From NCBI GenBank assembly GCA_001687465.1, contig LVLI01000184.1, forward strand, positions 1 to 49,015: 49,015 bases of DNA, given 5' to 3'. The notes beneath the pieces were generated by a model, which was given only the letters and a program-made list of their open reading frames with translations, was not told the DNA's origin and ran no database searches. Shown here piece by piece: positions 35,401-39,538 of this stretch. Numbering within the stretch: the stretch's first letter is position 1; each line of letters opens with the position of its first letter. The translations under genes were made by a program, and so were the position numbers. The stretch is from Halocafeteria seosinensis. Taxonomy: Eukaryota.

Positions 35401-36226
35401 CAGAACCTGCAAAGCTTCCGCCATGGCCGGGAAGGGACAGCTGGCGGCAGCCTGCTTCTGAATTACTCCCGTGATGGATACCACTGCCATCCCCATCAAT
35501 TACCGAATCGGAAGAGATATACACATCTTCCAGAGCCGATATTTTTGTACCTGATACCAAATCAACGTGATTGTGCATCCTGATAAAAGCATGGTCCCTC
35601 ATTGAGAACGATCCTCGTGTGTCGACGGAGGTAGCGTTCTCAATCCAAAGTGAGCCTGCAGTTACTTCGATCGATCCCGAGAAGTCGATAGCTCCGGCAA
35701 TATCGGACCCTCTGTCATATGTAGGAGCAATCCGAACGTTCGAAGCGTTTTGGACGGACAGGCTCCCGTCAACCGACACTGAAGTGCCGTCTGTGTCATT
35801 AGTTGAAAACGATGACTGTAGGAAGAGCTTGCCTTTTCCTCGCACTTCAACATGATCCACCTCGAGCATATGTCGGTCGTCGAGGGTCAGGGCCGTATAC
35901 CTTTCATCAAACATGTCGCCTGTTTCGATCCCTTCATTATCAACAATCACCCTCGACTCCTGCGGCTCAATAGGTCCTGCGTCATCCCAGGTCCATGTTT
36001 CCCAGAGAATGGTTCCGGCAGGTCCGTTACCACTGAATTTCTCGTTGCCGGGGGCAGCTGCATACGCCACCATACCACTGTAAGCGCAGGATATGGACCG
36101 GGGGACCATCTCCGTCGTAATAGCGAAGAAGAATGCCACAGAAAGCAGAAGAGAAAAGCAGCGCATGCTTTTATCCACCACCTTCCTCCTCCTCCCGAGG
36201 CTGTTGCTGCTCACGGCCGCTACCAT
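14468..36226 (-). CDS. Gene B: giant type I membrane protein with 17 glycine-rich modules, Cys-rich repeats, Pro/Thr linkers, Ig-like region, TM helix and acidic cytoplasmic tail
   Basis: 7252-codon ORF. Hydrophobic signal MRCFSLLLSVAFFFAITT (alternative start 36166). 17 GGR(I/V)-ended modules and many N-x-S/T sequons. Four GCTxxxAxN(Y/F)xxxAxxxDxxC repeats (~18170-17795) and CxDGxxNxxETDxDCGGxxC repeats (~17660-17220). TM VAVTTVALFALVFVLAGFAVY (~15095-15028) followed by KYREKER. Confidence 0.93.
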   Translation of the reverse strand: MVAAVSSNSLGRRRKVVDKSMRCFSLLLSVAFFFAITTEMVPRSISCAYSGMVAYAAAPGNEKFSGNGPAGTILWETWTWDDAGPIEPQESRVIVDNEGIETGDMFDERYTALTLDDRHMLEVDHVEVRGKGKLFLQSSFSTNDTDGTSVSVDGSLSVQNASNVRIAPTYDRGSDIAGAIDFSGSIEVTAGSLWIENATSVDTRGSFSMRDHAFIRMHNHVDLVSGTKISALEDVYISSDSVIDGDGSGIHHGSNSEAGCRQLSLPGHGGSFAGSGGGRSTSENYNEGACGSLHDVFLLGSSGTPGSHSSITGGPGGGALFLESGRAMYLDGSISVDGVSGANSGMGATIAGGGGSGGGILLVSPTITGGGRVSASGGSGGRNGEELLDFDGGGGSGGRILLVSLNNSFVGAVEAFGGLSRGANGGAAGTIGWSVDFPYLLQSSPALSRLVIDNGPTDRGAVDQAPATRLAVPEQAVYAIDELFVARWSRLIWTIQSNSTLSGGIYVSSSSLIFLESLSNGSSALRTGGSITIDSGGTISASELGKLESLEGLHISAEGVFYAENHYSSGFTFDLGTSLTVEEGGALTGTGGGITTQSVAASCTVTAAMPFGGSHGGKGGLGGAPRGSFESPLLRGCYGGSADGDLGGRGGNAFQLFVDEYIEVNGSLSVDGNAAPIGTRAGGGAGGSILILTDSFTGHGNVTGNGGSPGVDLGGGGGGGRIAVLANSREFIGDMHAYGAVSNHSGSPGTIYLEDLHTNSSWISVIVDNNYRSLSNDLITMLSGETPTSYTFDMLFVRGGSTLLVPVSGNQNVSLEGNVVVDQTSTLLLSCGSSSMTVERDLVVSGAGSFLHVDKCKDVRTRALSVLEGGGVTFSRGFPQYHLKSARYILVDSWSMIDAQGIGMSAGEADVSAGCKPAIECGAGVGGSYGGKSFEGPDSCGHFMEANIRGGGGSSSGGDVGGSGGGSLFLMVEDFETGFIEVNGTVRADGNHGVGDAGGGAGGSVHLQSPTLRGSGLISANGGNGGRAGSGGRIVEIVEKHLFDGQISAFGGRIKIPASAGTILFEFKSEDVRKVVVDNGGIETGGALDSRFTSLFLKQEESFNLTSVVVTGSAQALFSPPVGSLSLDIYGDLVVESGSVLRLERGSDDANRVSRISFGGGLRVTSSVVFVDDVNWLHFNSLSVANNSRFAANGTLATVLHVDVNRYAEVLEESWVYGFSLTEGCSPTPSRSNVGGVGAGYGGDGGRNGSSACGSFSDAIYPGSQGQNTLFGRFGGKGGYAFLFTVQHSDGYFLNNGTVSVAGESGDASEHGPAAGGGSGGSIRVIASEIIGRGVFDASGGLGGASSEARFDGGGGGGGRILLMCSEPHTFGGNARAYGGFSTHRIPPAAAGTITWRKIVVPVMQNYATGIQTVIVSNNQTRRHATIGGNGPFTLLQPPGVTPYNISHLRLRGGSRIKFDINSGHRLEFLGSVSIDESFVRIAKGLLFAGFSAESLFEGMWDATESYIGLDDIESLYVGGIRLSAYSDLVIRNPFSSGVQILSTGDLSLDETSAIRGNGGGITSSAQVGNCQAPRNDTQGTFKSGAPGGTHGGQGANDNRPPCGIFDDPQERGVLGGWTAITNGKENGGAGGNAIHLEVVSSSSSICINGTITVDGENGVDNPSAASGGGAGGSILFRASRLSGNGLISARGGKGGSGQGSLDSYGGAGGGGRIALLVDNDDFHGRVTASGGTTPFAASVGTVVRESLIGGQRARRTIVDNGHDQTARNALTSLSLHAHDMYTVGELLIMRNSRMLFLAPETGDLLLDGSVTVDEESIAEFNFSRANGELDVGGELEVTDDIHVGNSSKMLLDGIKSLAGTNLRVSSGGYLSIAREFVGQVTFLIQQSVIVDFAGAIDGNGRGYPSNSADLHSGCRPSSEFGAGIGASYGGRSFNGPPACGSFDVAKIPGGGGSARKGISGGNGGGALSLKVNGTGGSFVHIDGTISCNGEDKGLSAGGGSGGSISIITGDFRGNGSISARGGTGYSAGSGGRIVISSTTSSFQGDTFAFGGCLKHPGSAGTVFTQVVSNSGRQHGVLLVDNDGLGTGGRDDLRYTSLAPLNRKFFDIDMVVVKHMGKLKAVGDNVFTGSLQSNNAVIRFESGSFSFLESVKIGYNSLLWLNDVVSINAHEMEFLGNASALLSNPTTAGTTMLLSDSLLVDAEAHINGDGTGYGNGTSNEDLGCLTPDSMPATRGASGGAYGGQGGLLGPMPCGSYNDVLQQGNAGGNTALFAGGNGGNALLINVTEPGGIIRVEGTISCDGDPGFRDGEQYAQSGGGSGGSVVVSAWYLNGSGVISASGGSNLHVEDVELAGGGGAGGRITLAFQNASSFSGNVMAIGGSGSTLLHKGGAGSVTHVDLDSRQASRVVFDGGVESTTLHSVSRLGVPEHECYDVDLIQVNGGSNLLIDVETTSIGGSFFVDRFSKSTLHGKRGISNPSFTSRGSITVRGVLDVDEVTNISTDSLELAGNSRLYTRHHGHSQGLTVVATSLIKTEPASLIEGSGSGAMFEAIASDGNCVITDSLFLNGSGATHGGRGGNSSILSCGDFENPILQGMGAFGGGIGGNALKLYVQSPNGTVTVDGIIQMNGLSGAVEGHNIYGGSAGGSILISASNSSGSGLIRAVGGGGFNSNGIFLSNGGGGGRIAMFSSESSFTGAMDVHGGEGILNGSPGTMLSQLAGDTSRIVVIDNGHRQLASESLTLLAAPWRESYFVGELTIRRGSRVIWAPGVDHQLNLWLRGSIHVEDNSIASFRFGSAYKRTGVGTSIDLSSELRVSNSSRLLFNGVSDFSGKAVHVERNAYVSIAKIRVPRVRFVLENSLTVSSTGKIDGTGKGYFSGQADVSSGCIPSSRFGPGIGGSYGGRSYGGPPACGAFDKAMLLGGGGSGSGSAPGGRGGGSLLIYANGSTDAFIDISGHLTCDGEDGHTDAGGGAGGSVLLVTPLLRGNGSLSANGGSGSGGGSGGRIAIVASDTLSFTGSATAYGGEHQLPASAGTVYWSHRQVVWIDNDGVDTGIADDHRCTVLDTSPYRRTFDVSIVLRNAGKLCHDSHTDFFLSGSLSILDSSAATFSASSPESLGFTITMESMLLGGRSVVAFDDVTLLESDELMLLDESQLIVRNENSTGVDLVSHSGVTIAAYASIDGSGGGFGAGQADLRFCEPASKSQHHGGSGGAYGGSGGAFGPPPCGSFNADFIRGSGGASLGANRGGSGGNSIRITTDKGSFVDINGSVLADGNDGEDSSLPYSSGAAGGGSGGSIVVRTGRLAGHGLISARGGEGGFAPNHTSLSGGAGSGGRIAAAFVQNTFTGEWHAEGGYAEEQSLRSGAGSIMFNDTGSNIVSVEFRNFLYREFQEVSASSRLAVPEADEYDIDILRITEQAKLDVMIPGHHSINIRGNLLVENDSVINVSSVGNSGVGDCGLNFDGSVSLSTGKIVSREITIVSFRSMIVSADSVVEAFNEVSNGITYSGQRSIHVSQGGRIVGTGSATPAGACGTPKNAAGGSHGGFGGGPLSGYPCGNFTFPVLQGPAGGSNNGLRGGPGGNSIQLSVNGSIGEVTVDGVVSASGMPGRVHGNISSGGGAAGSVLIQGKAISGTGSITANGGDVLGHNLAGAGAGGRIAILAAEEFLFDIMLTAYGGSGDHPGAAGTIYIRYLETVSHLIVDNGNKTDQPPMTAALIEPGPFSPTIGELQLKGRSRFAFLPFQYPAERQIHAIVSSMSFDGESELIIKNASMVSLTGSSERSTLIPEFELTVSTSPSRLWLTSQWSRKWLTPSAVLEDALITVDQLGTLTLPQNITMKQSRLLISGEITGTENMIFAGNTTAEFLSTASTLTHENGEFVIPGLVVADTSSLVFEDLHKLHLSFLYLLDEAQFHLNGHPVTTSLVIDTHMVLAPQSSVIANGQGFPGDEADAVHGCRAPIVAGAGGTHGGVGGLSSQRRCGDFRHPQLAGAGGASGGGTLGGSGGAHITFSAGSFSGKSLAELDGKILVNGERGKEAFPISSGGGAGGSIFLNMSMVVGSGLLSASGGNSGPMAQAMNRSGSIGGGGGGGRIAIHSDSYEFDGVFDVGGGSGSEFGGTGTIYLGKVSPFGPTRLVFASPPDSVDRSAFVREISRLRDIDEIVVENRATLRILIPGQFRETTLGSLSISEESQVVIESSSNTSALGIQFRGSVSLSSDSLLLFHEVGRVSATEVHVEGHSTVQFHTDVPGLLAINVGGVVSVDKHSAIIGRPVSGSVRACKHSCCSKRIDSIDLGVGGSHGGAGGGSSIACGSSYLPVLQGEPAANASAIHGGRGGASLRMSAHAIHLDGRIDCAGESSSDRSIGGGAGGSIWLETGQISGRGSLSVGGGSGDNSGGGGGGRVAVYGLNTLPLSSFDASGGSGYPSGAPGTVFVKERKLGQLTVWCNESTQSFTLVPAPPRNLSVNVAISGVAHVLIEHSNEGEVFGNVSVSDLSHLVWSSSAQFCETKFIEILAMQHHSSLSMRRSSCISVDQLELQDFTSMNFDKVSQSVFSLVARNIFVAQGATIDGSGGSYMNGVVFANSNCSLTPQATGGTHAGLGGGAFSEHPCGNYASPHSPGSPQSSEDRNIPLGGIALSISSFGGMGVALQVNGTISVNGENASATQDYGAAAGGSLQLRVEELTGWGHIMANGGSKLPYGGGSGGRIAIFAANIEAFEGVLTAHGGGSCPPGASGTIFFEFVTPQPGFLRRMIGRRVNFASSSLRYIHVSGTLLHSNDSGRGKCSAATPETWINVDLSTLGVDLVHIQADASAVAFVDSSQPMGAIVVEDEGKLSFRSSGGSLTMLSSIVMHSDIALFDEGQINVEREIEKVSVNALTIHDRSVLHLQTPIDGVSELFVNEGVFIDSLASLNADFEGYGSGDAPAHIGCSPSTCTSGKACPGGSYGGKGGLESGQPCGNYWWPSVAGSGGAIFPNATSPVGGNGGGSVVISSDGNGSTIVLLGRISVNGQDGQALNDSVASGGGSGGSIVVRALRLSGSGRVESQGGSGASSGVYESGGGSGGRIAMLVEDMHQFTGLITAEGGSVSKDTQGASGTVYYSSSQGVFGNMLPDVTMNNANLTSLVHVESNFRPQYPYRVPTSLPATWILSPATSERQDVIFLSGKSTALLSASHLPNRHTKVTLQKILLHDAVELHVRLSSSSQEIVVNDAISCQGHSELVLWETTALSALSLQLHDQAVLRGAGTLAPPTSTLKLKQRSTVEPSARLEWSGQHSSPSESCQHLCAHLHGGNIAQGGTYGGQGGCSVSRSFGNVLWPQEAGNCGANSCRHASGGHLSLFVGSMDSFSTLFLQGSISANGADGRSNGGGSSGGSVLLVVAGAIEGTGLVSVNGGSAASSPAFSWKAGGGGGGRIAAYFGHGGDSLEFTAFGGRGHCAGAAGTIVLRGNYPSGNESVRLLVSNNGVLSSVTTGIDIVSSIMIEQFIVTGNAHALLTAEPPYSVFVQKFSGDTSGSISVENGTRLSLGEQPYIAFPSSEEIVDFIKSDQGSNVYEVARRYRLSNSLISGVSLVVGETAQLISSPYLAVLNGSLNIRGSLLGVDTIRVSSQAKLVLDSKGTNTNQKSRYRLETLQCLWEGTVNLLGVDTLELNTLYIGEEARVNVMHEPSSLMTQFVVAESVVIARGGELSGSGGGVTSGNSIVISGGTHAAKGGHGEAIPFGNAFRPTTPGGSGSNATIHNGRGGAAISVFGKNGSMIEVDGYLRSDGQSGYENGHIGGGAGGSLLIEVDNIKGSGTISANGGDGVAGVSGSGSGGRIALISTQYHFEGNVSTFAGGISGYSDSGPGTIYKEIHMSSVAPWRAVTVASRSGQRPEEETILELSVDQVVWRIDEVQIFSGAAVRVVPDPLQDKQVVLTLGAIEGDTTGLLILGRALTAIFEGDQRKLSENSSAIARIDGPTERTVVYQSSLQTVEGTLNNTNIDVQSNATLSLPNTTFICHVDVVSKGRIDGVQNLILCDDATFQGDIFGCTERAAVNFNPIATVNDQSCGFRVPKGCTYPIAVNYDPEARVNDGTCILASSHVSGCTCPASLNYNPTATISDGTCNSLETGCTYLMAKVSKPLMLKLPTVLYVWLQLSLQNFDDKAFADDGSCEFFENETTVEALRSEWDRLVDASAIYINRTNTLLGLDPAFVPDEGMSCLGNTFCISGVCRNGSCASPSCTDGVHNVGFETDKDCGGLLCPEQCAPRDYCVLDRDCAFNGSCIKSRCRVGLGIPCLFDESCISGNCDPYALTCTYPYSCFNAVEDRNETDVDCGGMFCGPCPIGKECLFDGDCKSENCLANRCVEPTPTPTVSPSITPTATVGTSPSGTSTVTPTFTPTPSFTRTPGPSVILSLIATNMPKSHDGVVGSSKFMVVASFNREAENAGQLDTANFTTLCMELFSDTWSEIRPNMTYSFSARILPGCYEDATLTMDRFVASKTHDYSDVLVSKFIGDITPTPSVTSSASPSATVTPSSSASLLPLRASLYAASTSAQSPSNSDPLTFVLRANYPLVNLQPDDFTVSINETCSTTPRVRTVAPVDITEENMWLVKLEHLCTGLVSVTLPAFSVTDSRGVILTNDISTSAWFDMTHPEMVIISPIEPRRVWKEPQIEFILAFDQVVSLSEEVSLPGRQLSHDTNTGGQLRASNARVSWIREIARVEGRTLFFVDGGNFTGEETVISKLWGRQPGGSKFHMNVDVSMTLEDTVTLELLPGLFADNAGNYLTNKHTFSFVRDVLPPQLSTKLLSIGLPTSEVLLVGSEPFAFRNDSVLDFQEHACGNVTLCTDAIIIDSIAVPSDTSNTFRKEYSAAVTLTGKHSGKMISLFAEQGRLFDQFYNFNKNVTLWPVLDLQDWPLGNFSMPDSLGQDQYIEIDLSLRFSRVSDFKFPRLTEFLEAVAGASSRLSLASLFFNRIDETRGDHGRVVHVKLLHSGVEEAGRRLEENKQGELTGDMARSEVKDQLVTNLPIALQLSHFVNDTSHVTVLAVSSQGFPGSDSDASQSARQGSTVASSTVAVTTVALFALVFVLAGFAVYKYREKERAEREKRIHQFRSGSSQASRFIDDTVMIDEDTGYGTALNEEATEGEDDDNAPSTDRGEILSGSLRSDEASDVTREEQPSGHDPSAFRNDGAYESYDSVLSMATTRRVIRPTDGQNPGGSWYQDRGLGSGQDALRNRQHAPEDDLPGIMNRTAYESYDSVLDWSPRNGAGESGTSQEDEED
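17834..17899 (-). other. Probable in-frame, stop-free intron (66 nt, phase 0) inside the gene B ORF
   Basis: AAG|GTAAGT...TTGTCCCTGCAG|AAT. Removal converts GCTYLMAK[VSKPL..LSLQ]NFDDKAFADDGSC into a regular fourth copy of the neighbouring repeat. Confidence 0.85.
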
Positions 36227-37115
36227 CCCCTTGTCCCTTTCAGGCGCTCTCGACCCACCACAAAAACTTTTTAGTGTTCCATACAGCAGTCTCTCCGTCA
36301 GTCAAAAGACTAATTCCCTCCCCTGTCTGTCTCTGTCGGACTATTATTGACTGGAACAACGCAGAGGAGAGGAGAGGAAGCGAAAAAAAAAAAAAAGACG
36401 ACGACGACGACAAAAACACGACCGAATTGCGTGTACGACGACTACTACAACCGTGAATACATGATAAGACACATACACAAAAACTAGCGAGACAAACGCG
36501 CATATGTGGTAAGAGTTGGTTTACAGCACCGCTCTCAAAGAATGACAGTTTTGCCCTGACCGGTGGTCGCAATGAAGGGGGATGCTTGCGACTGCAGCGG
36601 GCAAACTTCTTCCTCGCTTGGAACTTCAAGTTGGAAGCAACGAACTTTGTGTCCCCTACTGTAAGTGCAGCCGATTGAACATGTGCGCACAGCCCTATAC
36701 AATTGCTGCCACGACCTTTGTGCGTGAAAATGCCGTGTCTGTAGGCTAATGGAAGAGAGAACACACCACTAGCTGGCAGTATTTTGTAGGAGCGGCAGCC
36801 ACCCAGCGATATGGGACGTGATGGGAGCATCTAGTCCTTACGGAATCCCTTAATGCTATACTCAACATGGTTGCGACTATGTTAAAAGCTCTGGCGCTTA
36901 GCCACCGCTGGAAGACGGCATCCGGTAAACCTTGGAGCTCTTGAAATGTAAAACCTGGGAGTGCATTGTTTAAGATTAATTGTGCTTGCGCAAATATCGG
37001 ATTTGAACCCCCCTAGTGTGGAAGGGATTGAACGCACGCATGGAGCTATCGGAATGCGCATGCGCGTGAACGCGTGCAGAGGGTGTTTTTTGCAGTGATT
37101 AAGGAATATGATTTC

Positions 37116-37237
37116 GGAATGGAGCAACAACGATTGTATGAAAAATGACAAGGGTTCAGAGGATTCACAGTTACAGTCTTCGCGGATGAAACTGGCCATG
37201 CTTGTCATTTTTCATACAATCGTTGTTGCTCCATTCC
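37116..37237. repeat. Perfect 37-bp inverted repeat with 48-bp spacer
   Basis: GGAATGGAGCAACAACGATTGTATGAAAAATGACAAG (37116-37152) and its exact reverse complement (37201-37237). Confidence 0.95.
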
Positions 37238-37550
37238 AAGCGGGGAGGGTTCCCCCCCCCCCCCTTCTCTAAATCCGGTATCCGTCTAAACCCAAGATTA
37301 GTGCAAGAATAATTTGTTCACGAACGAATTCGTTCCACGATTCCCATGATCGATTGCCACTGAAAGGTTCAGTGCATAGGTATGTAATGCATTTTTTTGA
37401 AATAGAATGTTTCATTCAATTATAAATTATGCCCACACTGTAATACTATGACTGTAGGAGTAATGACTCAGGCAAGATGAATATACGCACTGGCTATTTC
37501 TTCTTAAACTGTCAACTATCTACAAAATTACTTTCCTTGTTCCCACTCTT

Positions 37551-38080
37551 TATACCCCGCGACGACGATTTATTAAATTTAATAATTTGAGGTATCATAC
37601 ATAAGCATTTGACTAGCGGCTCCACCATTACCAGTTTAAGGAATTGATTGAAGAAGATTTAAAAAATGGACTAGAAGTGATGTTCCATTCATCAAGTAAA
37701 GACAAATTAATTGAAATTTGTATTGAAATGGAAAAGGCAGGATATAATACCTTATCTTATCAACAAGATATGGACGATAAATTAAAAATGGAGACAGCCA
37801 GAAATGTTAATGAAGAATGGATTAAAAAAGATTTAGTAGGATGGAGCCCAAGTATTTCGCATCCAGTCCAGCTTTTCAAAATCCTATTAATATCGTTCTT
37901 TAAGATTAGTCCATCCTTTTCCCGGCTGTTGTTCTTGGCTTAAAGACTGAGCACTATAAAGAGAGTATAGATAAGATGGCGACCCAAACTGATAATTTGA
38001 AATACAGACAAGCAAAGAGCTAATATACGTTTATATTTTCAAAAATTATTAAATTTAATAAATCGTCGTCGCGGGGTATA
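37551..38080. mobile_element. 530-bp non-autonomous TIR element with 38-bp TIRs and 6-bp TSD (ACTCTT)
   Basis: TIR TATACCCCGCGACGACGATTTATTAAATTTAATAATTT at 37551-37588 and inverted at 38043-38080. ACTCTT directly flanks both ends (37545-37550, 38081-38086). The interior is markedly AT-rich. Confidence 0.9.
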
Positions 38081-39538
38081 ACTCTTAAGATAATGTAGTG
38101 TCGTCCTTCGTTGGCGAACTTCGGAATGACCATAATGAGCAAACTGTCTACAACGCCGATGGCCAAGAGTCAAAGACGGTGTCGCACGCAAGCTCTCCTT
38201 CTTTCTGTGGATATCTGGTTTCTTCTTCGTCGTCATTTAAACTGAAATTCGTTTACACGTATTTGAGTAGAGGGAGCTCATGAGATATCAGACCTTACTG
38301 GCATAGATGAAGCATCCACACTGTGATCACACAATGACTAACTCTTGGTACCGTACAACATAACAGCGTACAAAGTGAGTGCCGCGGCAAAGGGAAAATT
38401 CGGACTTAGGGACGATGATGACAAAGCCGGAAACCGAATGATACGAGGAGAAGCACTTGTATAAGCGCGGAGCAAGCAATTGTTTTGCATGACTCACTCG
38501 TAGCACATTATGTCTACAGGAGCTTTCGTTGGCAATACCCAGGGCAGTCGCCTCCACACTGCGTAAGTGCGGTGTATGCCTTCGAGTAGAGTAGGACTTT
38601 CTAGATTGTGACAACTTTGGGGATTCTTCCAACAGCCACGTTCACTCTTTGGGCTGTAGCACATTGGATGATCCTCCGCCGTGGCCTATTTCGGTTTCCC
38701 TAAACTTGGCCCACCATGTGTATTCATTGAGTACTGGGATGTGAGGCACCCGAAAGTGGCAATTTTGCTTCTTCTACATATTCCATGAAAAAATTCGGCA
38801 GTTCATGGACGTTGTCGTATGGTGTGTTACTGAGGCCTTCATGCTGTCCCTGCTTGGCGTCAGCACAACCTCAGTAGTCAACAGAGCGACATCATTAAGC
38901 AGTTGCCCCACAGTATCCGTTGGTCTTCTTGGGGGCATTAGTGAAAAGAGGACTTTTTGACGGAGTAGATGATTGTAGGTTAGATTTGCAGCAGGAATAT
39001 CGTGGAAGTACACGATGCATCATCGATTTGATTCCCTGCCAAATCAGTGGACAAAGTGGTGGGGGAGAGATCTGCCAGGCAGGTTGAACGCTGACTTGCA
39101 CCGTTGGGATAAGATACCCAACACGCACTCACCATTCAATCATCTAGGCGAAAACTCCGGAGGATCTTGGTGGACTCATCAACATTGATTGACGAGTTCA
39201 ACAGTAATAACTAGGTCGAGAGTCTGGGCTCTTGATCCAGCAGGACAAACATATACATTTTAGCAGGATGCTCAAGATATTCAGTGAACAGTTTGCATTT
39301 GTCTTCACCATTAAATGGGGTCAGTTGGTAGATCCCGTGAAGTATTTGGTGCTCATTTAAAGACTAAAACTTTCAACATTCGCCATGTATTCCTTAAGTT
39401 CGTTTCATATCTAGGGGTGAGATGTGAGCTGCGGACAACACTCATGCCCATATATACATACCGTATTTAACTGTGCAATGTGAATATTGATACAGTGTTT
39501 GAAACAGAAGAGACTACAAAAGAAATATAGAAGCTTAA

